A stretch of 64,000 nt of DNA from a virus (taxonomy: Duplodnaviria; Caudoviricetes), in IMG/VR virus record IMGVR_UViG_3300027286_000002. One strand, given 5' to 3'. Positions 1-11,011 of this stretch are shown piece after piece. The position numbers and the translations under genes are program-made. Below the pieces are notes generated by a model, which was not told the DNA's origin, did not search any database, and was given only the letters and a program-made list of their open reading frames with translations. The stretch's first letter is position 1, and each line of letters begins with the position of its first letter.

Positions 1-354
1 CATGATCAAAACCTTCATGTGCTTGGTCTTATCTCATCTGAAGAACACTCAGATGATGGTCTCCTACATAAAATGTCTACTACCAATTCTCTTTTTATGC
101 ACATCCTTCCTAATATCCAGCTCTATTTACCTTTTGTCAGACTCTATAAAATCTGATTGCCTTTTTATTTACTTTAGTTATCTTAAAAAATCCCATTTCA
201 ATCTTTTCAACTACTTAGATAAAATTTTTCCCATATAGATATATTTTTGAAAAATCGAATAACCTATTTATATACTTTATTTTCCCAAAACTATTTTCCG
301 TTTGGATTTTTTATTTTTATTTTTCAATGCGGGTTTAGTCTTTTCTGCATACAG

Positions 355-393
355 GACACCTACACACACACTTGAAAGTGTTTTGTGTGTGTC
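355..393. terminator. Imperfect inverted repeat, possible terminator downstream of the 2859-aa gene
   Basis: GACAC..ACACACACT-TGAA-AGTGT..GTGTGTGTC followed by TTTT on +; lies about 60 bp beyond the stop of 455..9034. Confidence 0.4.
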
Positions 394-454
394 TTTTATC
401 GTCCTTAAAGGAACTTAAAAAGAGTTTTAGCTGAGAAATAAAAGAATATGGAAA

Positions 455-3400
455 CTACTTTAAAGTGCCATTAACTTTATTTGCACGGATATTTAACCAA
501 TAGTATCTACTAGATCGTAAATCAAAACTATCAATAGTATCTTCAAGGAAAGACTTTAAAGCACTAGGTAGAGAATTGAGATAGCCATCTAAAATTAAGA
601 AAGGATCTTCAATATAATATCTTCGATCAAGGATGCTGAGTCTTTGATTAGTAGGTGTATAAGGATATATATCTACATTGCCTATAATGTCTATGAATTG
701 AGGATTAGTAATAGTAGTAGTATCATCTAAACCTAAAATATCAAGATCAGATGAAGTGGCATAACCAGCATAGAAGAAATCTTGCCATGTAGATAAATAA
801 GGTTGAGAGGCATATAAAGAAGAAAGATTATAGACATAAGATAATAATCTTTCATAAAGCAGGTATGCAATGCAAGGCAAAGGAAGATCATTAGATTGAG
901 AACTTAGTTCTACAATAGACCATTGAGCAATAGGAATATCAACAGTAGGAATAAGACTAAAAGGATAATCAGTAGGGTAAGGATTATCATAAGAAAGATA
1001 ATCAGTACCTATTACAGGATCAAGAGTTAAAATTCTAGTGTTCGTATCTATTTCAACAATGTGATAAAGACCACGATTATCATCAAGAGTAGGATGATAA
1101 GAATTAGATCTAGCTTCTGCTTGTGGATTAGGATAAATGAAAAGGTATTGACCTGTCTTTAGAATAGAAATATCTTCGGATAAAGGGAAAGGGAATTGGT
1201 TAGTATTTGTTATAGATACAGTAGTGTTAGAAGATAGGATAAGATTTTGAGTGATGAGATCATTATTGATAAGCTGGATAAGAGATTGTTCTATAGGTCG
1301 AGAGGATTGTTTATAGGCATAGTAAAGAGTGTTGCTAGTAGGAACTACAGATTGGTCGAAAATAAGACAGGTAAAATTAGATGGATAATTAATATTAGTG
1401 ATACGAGCGAAAGGAGTAGAGGATTGGTAAAGAATATCACCAATAGAAAGAGCAGTGATATTAGTAGGATAATTAAAGGTTTTTAAGTATGGATTGAGAG
1501 TAGTGATGGATGTAGCTTTGGTTTGGATTCTTAGGTAGAAGTTTTTAATGTAGTCAGCTTGAAAGGAAGAGAATTTTTTATCAAATCGTCTAGTTCGTCT
1601 AATAGAGAAAGTGACAGGTAGAGTAAGGTCATTAGGTAAAGGATTGTTATTAGGTAAAGGATTTGGGAAAAGGTATGTATTGATGTCATTTAAATAAGTG
1701 CTGTAGGTGGTGTTTGGATTAGCAAGATTAGCATTAAGCAAGCTAGGTGCAGTAGAGTTTAGTTTAATGGCAGGTGTTGTTATTGAGTATGTAAGTGTAG
1801 CAGTGGTTATATATGCTCTTAAGAAGAGAGTAGGAGATGAGAAAGTGATTTTGTTATTAGATGTAGTGTTTGTATTAAAGAATTTGGTATGGTTGTTAAC
1901 AGTGGCATTGGCATTAAAAGGGAAGGTAGAAGAAAAGTTATCAAAGTCTACGATGGTTTGACCTGTGACATATCCTGATGTTAGGTTGATGGGTGTTAAG
2001 ATAGGAGTAGTGGTGTTTGTAGCATAGTCATATTGAACAATAGTACCAATAGAGATAATTTTAGTGGTTGGATTGTAGCTAGTGCCTGTGCATTTATAGA
2101 TAGTTTGATCTGAATCGATTTGGATAAAGATAGTTGTGTTAGTGAAAGTAGAAGTATCGAAATCATCTGTCATTTGGATTTGAGTATTATTAGCAGAAGA
2201 GAATTTAGGAAAGGATGGATTGAGATTGATGGAAATAGTAGGTGTTAATGCAGTTTCTTGAACGATACCTATAAGAGAAATACCTTTAAAGAAAACAAGA
2301 TCATTAGGCAGGACATTAGTGATGGTGGATGAGATATTAAAGAGAGTGAGATAATAAGCAGGATTAGATGAGTGATGAAAATAGGCTGTGTAATTAGTAG
2401 GTAGGTTGGATGAAGTGTCTACTTTAGCAGAGGTAAAGAGATTACCTTTAATATTACTGTATGGTAGAGTGGTGTTGCCTTTGCCAAAGAAAGAAGGGAT
2501 TTTAAGAGTGTGTGTGGAAGGTTGGGAATAGAAAGTGTATGGTTGAGTAGCATTAGCAGAAAAAGAAGAATTAGATGCAATAGATTGGATAGATGTAGAA
2601 GAAGTATTTAAGTCATAATAAGAAATATCAGTGATACCGATAATGAGTTCAGTTTGAACATTAACAGAGTCAATGGTTGAATTATGAGGTGCAAAATAAG
2701 AGAAGTTTAGATATTGGTGTGAGATAGAGCAACGATCTTCATTAATAGAAAGGTTATTATCATTATGGAAGGCATTATTGGAATGGTTATTAAGAGAGCA
2801 GGTGAAAGGGATCATGGTATTAAGAGGAATATCAGGAGTAAGACCATAAATAGAAGATAAGATGCCAACAGTTTGAAATTTAATTTCATTAATAGTGGAT
2901 AGGTCGAGATTAGAGATATTATAGCTTGTGGGGGATGAGATGGATGTGATGACAGACCATTGCGATGTACCAGCATTATATGTGAATTGGATGCAAGTGT
3001 CTGTGAATGATTGAGATTGGATAAATTTAAAGATGATAGGAGTTTGTTGAGTATTAAAAAGAGAAGTGAAATCGTAATTAGATGCAGATGGTACAAATTT
3101 TAATCTGTATTGATAAACTATAAATGGGAAAGCAGAAATCTGGACAGGCGAGTAGACAATAAATTCATTGCCTGTGATGAAGTTAGAGATTTTGTATTCT
3201 ACATTATTGTTATTAGAGTAGATATTCATTCTAGGAATAATGAGTTCTGATTCGCTAGAAGATTGGAAGTAGCCTTGTTCTTTAATGATGGTAAGGTCGT
3301 TTTTATCTGTTGGATTAATATTATCAATAAGAGTACCTGTAGTCGTGTCGATATTTAAATCAAAGCGAATTTCATCTGGGTAGACAGGATTTGACGAGTA

Positions 3401-6400
3401 GGTTTTATAGAGGATGTCTTTAATATCTCTAGTAAGTCTATTAAGGAGTTCTCTTTCTTTGCCATTGAGATTATTGTAAGGGATAGTCATAAGACCTGAA
3501 TCATTTTTATTAAGACCATTAAGAGCAGGCAAATCTTCAAAAGGTTTAGTATCTGTGTAGTTAAAGAAAACATCACCTTCAAGACATTCATTAGGACTAG
3601 GTGGATTTTGATTAACAAATTCTTTAATAGGCAAGTTTGGATCATTTAGAGAAGGATAGCTATTATCAATGATGCTACCTGTTTTATAATTTACTTTAAC
3701 ATCAAATCCGATACGATATTCAAAGAGAGTAGGTGTTTGGTTATCGATATCACCACCAGATAAATTTTGGATGATGGTTTGACCAAAGGTAGCAGATAAA
3801 GGAATATTATCAATAATAGGATTAGTAGTATTTAAGACAACATAGCAACCTTGTTTAATATCGCTGACAGTCGCATTACGATAGTCAAAAGTAAAATCAA
3901 CAACCACAGGATTATTTCTATCTTTAATAGAAGTGAAAGTGTTATTGTCATTGCTAAGAGCAAGCAGGTTGCCTATAGATAAAGGTGGAATAACAAGATC
4001 AGGATTACCTGATTGGACAGAATATGTAGAACCATTAGGAATAAGTTCATTGGTATTTGGCAGACCTGTATCTGGATCAATAGGAAATTCACTTAAAGGC
4101 ACGGAAGATAAGATAAAAGTAGGATTGGTAGAGATACTTGCATAGCCTGTTTTAGAGTAGTCATAAACAAAATAAGCACCTGCTCTTTTTCTAAGAGTGA
4201 CAGAAGAGATATTAGTGATAGGATTAAGAAGAGGATTAGAAATAGAACCTATTCGCTTGCCATAGGTATCAAGAAAGTTAAAATCACCATCACCTAAGAA
4301 ATAAGCAGATTGCATTTTTTCAGGATAAAGTCTTGAAAAGACACTATCTTTGCACATGGCTTTCCAAATGAAATACAGAGTGGAATTGATACCTAAGAAA
4401 TAATAAGTAGAAACAGATTTAGTGTCTGTTAAAACAATATCATCAATATCATTATAGATCATAGATTTTTGTTTATTGATAATCGTATCGATTTGAGATG
4501 CACTAGGTGTAGATCCACCTGTTAAACCACCTGTCAAAGAAGAAAAAGATGCACCTATTTTAATAGGATCAGTAGGTAAAAGATAGGTGCTAGGATTTTC
4601 TGTATTAAGGATTTCCAAAGCAACATATCTAGGATTTAATTGTCTAGTGAGAGGATCTTCTAAACCTGTGCCAAAATAATCAGAAGTTGCTTGAATGATT
4701 TCAAATTTAAAAGCACCATCTTGATCACCAACAGAGCGATCAAGGTCAAGAGTTTCAAGATTAGTGATTACTTGATTATAATCAGATAAATTTTTACGAG
4801 CAATCACATCTTTAGCTAGATCATCATAAATACCTAAACCTACACCTTTTGGTGTATCGCCAAAGGACTTTGATCTACCATTAGTTTGTGGACTGTTAAA
4901 ATTGATTTCAGTTTCATATTCAGATTGTTCTACTACTCTTAAATAGAATTGGTCTTGTGCATTGACCACACATTTGGCAAAAAGTTTTTTACCTGTATAT
5001 GGTGATTCGATATATTGATTGAAGTTTGCTTTATATGTAGGATAAATCAATCTGCCATTAGAAAGAAAAGGACTTAAACTTTGAGGTCTAGTGTGAAAGA
5101 AATAGTAAGCAACATTAGGTTGGACAGAGTGATTAAGATTTAATTGGATTTCACCTGTGGCATCATTAATAGAATAGTCATAGTTCACTACCAATTCACT
5201 GCCTATGCCATATTCCATATCATATTTAATAAGTTTGTAGTCTTGATCAGATAAGAAAGATTTCGCATAGATTTTAGTATCGTTTTGGTTATATACAGGT
5301 CTTGCACTAACTGTGATCACAGGTTCACTGCTAACATTAATGCTTAAAACACTTGTGAAAGTGATAATCGTTTTTGTTAGATCATCAGATAAGCGAATGG
5401 ATTTTACTTGGTAGCAATCTGTATCTAAAAACATCAAAGTGTTTACTTGAATATATGCAGTAATATCTTCACTAATGGTAAGATTGCTGGATAAAGGTTT
5501 GGCATTAATCACATGGTTATTATTGCCTGTGAGAGAACTTAAAGCAATAAAGATATTTTCATTAGATAAGACAAAGATTTTAGGATCATCACTAGGTGAT
5601 CTAGCACCACTATCAAATTTAGCTGGTGTATCAAAAGTGACATTAGTTTTACCATTCGCATAGGTAGCAGTATCTACAACAAAAAATTCAGTAGTGGATT
5701 TGATTACAGAGTTTGCTTTAATGATATTTGTGTAGTCGCCATAAATATCAAATCCTGTACTGCCTTTAGTGATTTGCATTAAAGGCAACCAAATAGGATT
5801 AACAACTTTAATTGTGTATTCACCACCTATTGCTTGTTTAACAGAATAAGAAATTTTGACTGTGTAGTCTTCTGTGTTTTCACTAGGTAAGGTTAAGATA
5901 TTTGTTGTGTAGTCGAAAGTAGGAATTTTAGTGTTATCAAAGATACCTACAATTTCAGCACCTACATAAACTTGTGGACTAACTGTCTGTTCTATTGTGT
6001 AGGCATTAGGATTAAAGCTGTATTTAGATGAAGTGATTTTAGTGGTCGTTTCATTTTGAATAGTGAAAAGAATAGGCTCAACAATTTGAGTGTTTTCATC
6101 CGTGTAATATTCAACTTCAATACCAACACCTGCATCCAAAGGACTTAAGAAAGAAATATTGCCACCTGTGGTTTCTACAACATAATCATCAGTAGAGATT
6201 TCTTCAATGATGTATGCAGGTTTATTAAGACCATAAAATTCACTTGTTGTTTCAGATGAGATCAATACTTCAATATTTTGATATGCTAATGGAATAAAGA
6301 CAACATCACCTGTAATAGAAGATAGGATATTAGATAAAGTGATTTCACCTGTGATACTGTCAATAGAAACATCAGATGATGGTGTGTCAAAGACAGGTGT

Positions 6401-9034
6401 GTATAAAGTAGCATCACTACCTACACGGATTTTAAATTCTAAAGCTAAAACTCTTGGATCAGTAATATCAACAAAGCATTGGTCGGTAGATAAACCTAAA
6501 GCAATATCTTTAAGGACAGTAATAGGCTGTTCTGTATTGTCATTATATCTAGCAATCAGATTATCTAGAGTAGAGCATTTAGCAGTGATGATTTGTTTAA
6601 GAGTGTTTGTTGTAGTCGCATGAACTTTCTTAACCTTTAAGAATGATCTTACATTATTAAGAGAAATAAAACATTCGGAAGTTAAGAGTGTTGGATCAGG
6701 TTCTGAATATCCTTTATATGCTTTCCAAGTAGTATCGGAAGGCATACTAGATAAAGTGAGTGTAACACCATCTACTTCATTTACTTTAAAGAAGTTTGAG
6801 TTCGTTTGAATCCAATCATTCGGATTAATATCATAGGTGTTATCTAAGACATATAGGTTATCATTGATAATGGCATTATAGCCTTGTTCAATTTGTTTAG
6901 AGTATCTAGTGAAGTATCTAGCAAAACCTGAAATATTTGTATCAAAGGTTTCATTCTCAATAAGATTAGCTGTGTATTTATCTTTGGTTAAAGTGATAGA
7001 AGTGGATTGATCAACAACACCGGGCTCAAGATCAAGAATGGTAGTAGGTGTATCTATTCTTCTAGTTCGTGTAATATTCCTAATCCAAGCAAATTTGCTT
7101 TCATTAAAAAGGTGTTGGATTTCTACATCAGCTGTTAAAGTATTCTTACCTACTTTAAAGAAAGTATTCGCATCATAGCCATCATAATCTTCTCTTGGGA
7201 TAAAATCTAAAAAGGCATAAGTGGATTGAATGATTTCTTTACTGACTTGAATATCATTATAGAGAATGTTGCTAGTGAAATCATAATCTGCATTGTCATT
7301 ATTTCTTTTTTGTAGATCTAAATAAAGACCTGTGGTTAAATACCAATCAGTAAGAATTTGATGTGCAACAAAACCTAATGCCTGTAGGATTTCTAAATCA
7401 GAAGTGTTTAAGATTTGAATAGATGAACTAGCTTTAAGCACAAGGTATCTATTTTCGGATTTAATAGGATTATTAGAAGATCCTAATAGATTGTCAAAAT
7501 GGTCTTGAATTTCCCATGCTTGTTTACTGCCAGCTAAACCACTAAAATTAAGATTTCTAGTGATACCATTGATAACTAATCTAAGTACACCACCTGTGAT
7601 TGTGTATTTGTCTTGTTTAGCTGAGTAAATTCTGAAATCACTACCTTCATTATATTTGGTGTAGGATTTAAGAGGAATAGCACTTTGCACAAAATAAAGA
7701 TATCTACCCTGTTGAAAGGATAAGAATGTAGATTTAAATTCAATATTGATAGTGAAGTCGATAGCATTTTTAACAAGTGTCAAATATGCTTTAGACCATT
7801 TAAGTTCATTTGGTACATCTTCATAGGTAGGATAAATATTGACATCAATCATATCACCCACATTATTGGCAACATAATTATATTTATTTAAGACTGCAAT
7901 CTTTAAACCACTGCCATCAGGTCTTGAACTTGTAGGATCATCACCTGTTGGTAAAATACCTGTACCATCTGCAATAACATCAAAGCCTGCTGTGAAGTTT
8001 GTTTTAGGATTAACTTTGCCATTCTCAATTAAGACAGGTTCAACAAAAGAAATAGGTTTAGAACTTAAGACAAGACCATCATAATAAAGAGTGTAGTTAT
8101 TAGGATTGAGTAAAGAAACCTTGCTTGTTTGTTTACTGATATATGCAATCCCTTTTTCTAAAGATAAGGGAAAAAGATTTTCATCATCATAATATTGAAC
8201 TGAAAGATATTCTCTATTGCCTAATCTTAATAAAGGTGTTTCAAATCCTTGTGGTTTAGGTGAAAGGTAATAAGCATCATATACAGGATGGACGATACCA
8301 TCTGACATATCTAGTGATTCATTAAAAAACCAAATCTCTTTACCTGCATTCGCTTGGATAAAGCTATCTTTAAATTGAACTTTATTTTGATCAACAAAGA
8401 TAACAGCATCAAAAGTACCATCGAAAGTAAAAGGATCAGGTTTAACAGAGAACTTTTTAGTTTCAGTTTGGATAAGGTCTTGACCAACATAAATAAGACT
8501 AACAAAGACATTATCTTCATCAATAATACCTTTAGGTAAAGTGTATTCAGATGTGTCTGGTGTTAAGATACCTAAGCTAACAGGTGACCCACCTTTTAAG
8601 AGTTTCCAATTTTGACCATCCCATTCAAATCTTTGTTTAGATGTATCATTTCTAGTCCAGTGAAATAAAGGTTCTTCGAGATAGAAATTTGCATCAGTGA
8701 GATTATTAACAAGAGAGTAGAAAAGATTAGGTTTAAGGAATTTGGTGGAAGTGGCAACAGGACTTTTAATAGCATCATAGGTTTGGATTTTGTATTCATA
8801 ATAGTTGCCATCCATATTACCTGTTGCAGTGATAGAGTAATTGCGAACAGGATTTAAAGACCATGCGATTTTAGAGTTATTAGTTGAGATGAGAAGATAT
8901 TCAACTTGACCTTGATCAAAGCATAAAGTACCTTGACGATAGGCATCACGATTACCAATAAATCTAGTCGCAAGGCTTGTAGTAGATTGGTTAGTGTTAG
9001 CATTTTTTGTATCTAAAATGATTTTACTAGACAT
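455..9034 (-). CDS. Giant putative virion structural protein (2859 aa), tail/baseplate associated
   Basis: Very long ORF, beta-rich S/T/N/D/I composition, no enzyme motifs, directly downstream of 9042..9602; function inferred from composition and context. Confidence 0.6.
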   Translation of the reverse strand: MSSKIILDTKNANTNQSTTSLATRFIGNRDAYRQGTLCFDQGQVEYLLISTNNSKIAWSLNPVRNYSITATGNMDGNYYEYKIQTYDAIKSPVATSTKFLKPNLFYSLVNNLTDANFYLEEPLFHWTRNDTSKQRFEWDGQNWKLLKGGSPVSLGILTPDTSEYTLPKGIIDEDNVFVSLIYVGQDLIQTETKKFSVKPDPFTFDGTFDAVIFVDQNKVQFKDSFIQANAGKEIWFFNESLDMSDGIVHPVYDAYYLSPKPQGFETPLLRLGNREYLSVQYYDDENLFPLSLEKGIAYISKQTSKVSLLNPNNYTLYYDGLVLSSKPISFVEPVLIENGKVNPKTNFTAGFDVIADGTGILPTGDDPTSSRPDGSGLKIAVLNKYNYVANNVGDMIDVNIYPTYEDVPNELKWSKAYLTLVKNAIDFTINIEFKSTFLSFQQGRYLYFVQSAIPLKSYTKYNEGSDFRIYSAKQDKYTITGGVLRLVINGITRNLNFSGLAGSKQAWEIQDHFDNLLGSSNNPIKSENRYLVLKASSSIQILNTSDLEILQALGFVAHQILTDWYLTTGLYLDLQKRNNDNADYDFTSNILYNDIQVSKEIIQSTYAFLDFIPREDYDGYDANTFFKVGKNTLTADVEIQHLFNESKFAWIRNITRTRRIDTPTTILDLEPGVVDQSTSITLTKDKYTANLIENETFDTNISGFARYFTRYSKQIEQGYNAIINDNLYVLDNTYDINPNDWIQTNSNFFKVNEVDGVTLTLSSMPSDTTWKAYKGYSEPDPTLLTSECFISLNNVRSFLKVKKVHATTTNTLKQIITAKCSTLDNLIARYNDNTEQPITVLKDIALGLSTDQCFVDITDPRVLALEFKIRVGSDATLYTPVFDTPSSDVSIDSITGEITLSNILSSITGDVVFIPLAYQNIEVLISSETTSEFYGLNKPAYIIEEISTDDYVVETTGGNISFLSPLDAGVGIEVEYYTDENTQIVEPILFTIQNETTTKITSSKYSFNPNAYTIEQTVSPQVYVGAEIVGIFDNTKIPTFDYTTNILTLPSENTEDYTVKISYSVKQAIGGEYTIKVVNPIWLPLMQITKGSTGFDIYGDYTNIIKANSVIKSTTEFFVVDTATYANGKTNVTFDTPAKFDSGARSPSDDPKIFVLSNENIFIALSSLTGNNNHVINAKPLSSNLTISEDITAYIQVNTLMFLDTDCYQVKSIRLSDDLTKTIITFTSVLSINVSSEPVITVSARPVYNQNDTKIYAKSFLSDQDYKLIKYDMEYGIGSELVVNYDYSINDATGEIQLNLNHSVQPNVAYYFFHTRPQSLSPFLSNGRLIYPTYKANFNQYIESPYTGKKLFAKCVVNAQDQFYLRVVEQSEYETEINFNSPQTNGRSKSFGDTPKGVGLGIYDDLAKDVIARKNLSDYNQVITNLETLDLDRSVGDQDGAFKFEIIQATSDYFGTGLEDPLTRQLNPRYVALEILNTENPSTYLLPTDPIKIGASFSSLTGGLTGGSTPSASQIDTIINKQKSMIYNDIDDIVLTDTKSVSTYYFLGINSTLYFIWKAMCKDSVFSRLYPEKMQSAYFLGDGDFNFLDTYGKRIGSISNPLLNPITNISSVTLRKRAGAYFVYDYSKTGYASISTNPTFILSSVPLSEFPIDPDTGLPNTNELIPNGSTYSVQSGNPDLVIPPLSIGNLLALSNDNNTFTSIKDRNNPVVVDFTFDYRNATVSDIKQGCYVVLNTTNPIIDNIPLSATFGQTIIQNLSGGDIDNQTPTLFEYRIGFDVKVNYKTGSIIDNSYPSLNDPNLPIKEFVNQNPPSPNECLEGDVFFNYTDTKPFEDLPALNGLNKNDSGLMTIPYNNLNGKERELLNRLTRDIKDILYKTYSSNPVYPDEIRFDLNIDTTTGTLIDNINPTDKNDLTIIKEQGYFQSSSESELIIPRMNIYSNNNNVEYKISNFITGNEFIVYSPVQISAFPFIVYQYRLKFVPSASNYDFTSLFNTQQTPIIFKFIQSQSFTDTCIQFTYNAGTSQWSVITSISSPTSYNISNLDLSTINEIKFQTVGILSSIYGLTPDIPLNTMIPFTCSLNNHSNNAFHNDNNLSINEDRCSISHQYLNFSYFAPHNSTIDSVNVQTELIIGITDISYYDLNTSSTSIQSIASNSSFSANATQPYTFYSQPSTHTLKIPSFFGKGNTTLPYSNIKGNLFTSAKVDTSSNLPTNYTAYFHHSSNPAYYLTLFNISSTITNVLPNDLVFFKGISLIGIVQETALTPTISINLNPSFPKFSSANNTQIQMTDDFDTSTFTNTTIFIQIDSDQTIYKCTGTSYNPTTKIISIGTIVQYDYATNTTTPILTPINLTSGYVTGQTIVDFDNFSSTFPFNANATVNNHTKFFNTNTTSNNKITFSSPTLFLRAYITTATLTYSITTPAIKLNSTAPSLLNANLANPNTTYSTYLNDINTYLFPNPLPNNNPLPNDLTLPVTFSIRRTRRFDKKFSSFQADYIKNFYLRIQTKATSITTLNPYLKTFNYPTNITALSIGDILYQSSTPFARITNINYPSNFTCLIFDQSVVPTSNTLYYAYKQSSRPIEQSLIQLINNDLITQNLILSSNTTVSITNTNQFPFPLSEDISILKTGQYLFIYPNPQAEARSNSYHPTLDDNRGLYHIVEIDTNTRILTLDPVIGTDYLSYDNPYPTDYPFSLIPTVDIPIAQWSIVELSSQSNDLPLPCIAYLLYERLLSYVYNLSSLYASQPYLSTWQDFFYAGYATSSDLDILGLDDTTTITNPQFIDIIGNVDIYPYTPTNQRLSILDRRYYIEDPFLILDGYLNSLPSALKSFLEDTIDSFDLRSSRYYWLNIRANKVNGTLK

Positions 9035-9041
9035 ATTTTGA

Positions 9042-9602
9042 TTATCCTATTTTACAGATGATTGGTGAAACAGAAGGTACTACACTAGCAGATCCGATGA
9101 CTGCACCAATACCTGTACCTGTGAGAAATAAGTTGCTTATACTAAGAGCAAAGGCATTTAAAAGCAAAGGATTTGGATTAGGTATTCCACTAGCAGGGAA
9201 AGCAGATTGTAAACTTGCTAGTAGAGTTGGATAAGGTGCAATGATATTAACAATAGCACAAGCACCTGTGCCCACAATAGGACTAATACCTGTAAATTGC
9301 ATAGGTAGAGTGCTTAAGCAAGTAGCAATCGCTTGAGCCATAGCAGTGGTGTTGGAGCTAACAAGACCATTAGCAATAAAACCTGTTAATGCTAATGGTG
9401 TATTAGGAATGATAATAACTTTACCATTAGCAGTGCCTACACCTAAAGTACCTGTGCAAGTGGCATTAGCGAAAACAGAAGAATTAATCCAATTAAAGAT
9501 ACCTAGACCAAGAGCATTAGTGGATAAGATCCAGCTTTGACCTTTAAGAGCAGGATTACTTGCAAGTAATGTAGATGCAATTAAAGGTGGTGAAATTGCC
9601 AT
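9042..9602 (-). CDS. Hydrophobic A/G/S/T-rich protein (186 aa), probable virion component
   Basis: Clean ORF 7 bp upstream of the giant gene; almost no charged residues. Confidence 0.5.
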   Translation of the reverse strand: MAISPPLIASTLLASNPALKGQSWILSTNALGLGIFNWINSSVFANATCTGTLGVGTANGKVIIIPNTPLALTGFIANGLVSSNTTAMAQAIATCLSTLPMQFTGISPIVGTGACAIVNIIAPYPTLLASLQSAFPASGIPNPNPLLLNAFALSISNLFLTGTGIGAVIGSASVVPSVSPIICKIG

Positions 9603-9681
9603 GAGTGTAAAAATCCTTTGTATTATATTTATATATTATATGTATTGTATAGAAAGCATACACAAACAAAGGTGGAAAAAA

Positions 9682-10956
9682 ATGAAATTTGCAAGTGATG
9701 AAAAAGCACAAATCCAAAAGGCATTATGGGAAGTAGTAAGAACAGCATCAATGGCATTGATGAAATTAAATGAAATTGAAGGTGAAGAGGAAAAATTAGA
9801 GGAAGAAGAAAAACCACAACGAACAGCGAAAAAGGTAGAAGCGATGCCTATTAATCCAACACAAAAAACAGTATCAATGGCAGAAAGAATTGCATCATTA
9901 AGAAGTGGAAATAGGCAACAAAGCACAATGCCAGCTAATAATCAAAGACCTGAAGTAATTAGAAAAGCAAGTTTAACAGATGATAAGATTAAGTCATTTG
10001 CAGTAAGAATAGGTAATGAGATTTTGCCTAAAGTAAAAGATGAGGATTATGATTTAAGAGTATTATTTAAGCATTCAAGTACTTGGAATGAGATTAAAGA
10101 CAGTGTAGATAGTAATTCTATTAAATCTGTGGTATCATCTGTAAATGAACTTATTCAAGACAGGTTAGATCAAAAGTTTGCACAAGAGCAGGCTCAATTA
10201 AAAAAACAAGCATTATTAAAACAAAAGCAGGATTTATTAAAGCAAGCAGAAGAGCAAAAGCAATTAGAAATGGTTGAGGCTAGAAAGCAAAAGTTAGCCA
10301 AAGCACAAAAGAACATGGTGATGGCATCTATTATTAAAGAGATGAAACCATTTGTCAAAGCAGGCAATATGAATACGATTAATGTAGCATTACAGAAATC
10401 AGCAACATGGCAAAATATTAAATCAAATTTAAGTAGTCAAAATGAACGAAATGCTTTTGTTAGTGAAATGATTCAAGCATCAGGATTTTTAAATACAAAG
10501 AATGCAGATTTTCAAAGAGATGTAATTCCACCTAATAGAGATAGCTTTTCCACAGGTGTGCAGACAAATCGTGGTGTAGATAATTTTAAAGGCAAAGAAA
10601 GTTTACCTAAAGGATATTCAGATGACATAGGCAGTACAGCACCTGATTCACCTGTAAATAAGACTTTGAATTTAGATAGATCAGATAGTCATGGTAGAAC
10701 ACCAGCAGTAGCATTAAATAACATTACTGAAGTTGTGCAAAGTGGTGGATCAGCTAAAGTCATCCCTGATAATAAAGGATATGCAAATAATTCTAGTCCA
10801 TTAAGAACATCATCCGAAGATGAAGAATTAGAAAACCTTTGGAATACAGAGCCAAGTGAGGATGATGTAGAGCAGGATGAATTTGCATCAGAAGAATATG
10901 ATGATGGCATTAGTGAAGATATGGATGATGATGATTTCTTTGGCGATGAAGAATAA
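9682..10956 (+). CDS. Hypothetical coiled-coil protein with acidic C-tail and KxAS/RxAS motifs (possible head-associated protein)
   Basis: Start MKFAS after AAAGGTGG; Q/K-rich coiled coil; two similar helical blocks (FKHSSTWNEIK / LQKSATWQNIK); D/E-rich end. Confidence 0.6.
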   Translation: MKFASDEKAQIQKALWEVVRTASMALMKLNEIEGEEEKLEEEEKPQRTAKKVEAMPINPTQKTVSMAERIASLRSGNRQQSTMPANNQRPEVIRKASLTDDKIKSFAVRIGNEILPKVKDEDYDLRVLFKHSSTWNEIKDSVDSNSIKSVVSSVNELIQDRLDQKFAQEQAQLKKQALLKQKQDLLKQAEEQKQLEMVEARKQKLAKAQKNMVMASIIKEMKPFVKAGNMNTINVALQKSATWQNIKSNLSSQNERNAFVSEMIQASGFLNTKNADFQRDVIPPNRDSFSTGVQTNRGVDNFKGKESLPKGYSDDIGSTAPDSPVNKTLNLDRSDSHGRTPAVALNNITEVVQSGGSAKVIPDNKGYANNSSPLRTSSEDEELENLWNTEPSEDDVEQDEFASEEYDDGISEDMDDDDFFGDEE

Positions 10957-11011
10957 TAGATTTAGATAAGAATGTTTAAATTGTAATTGTTTTAGATAAG
11001 AAATAATAGTT

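Noticed and set aside
2-238. 78-aa + strand ORF as a gene
   Set aside because: At the window edge, no SD, composition like pyrimidine-rich non-coding DNA; might be the end of an upstream gene but cannot be supported
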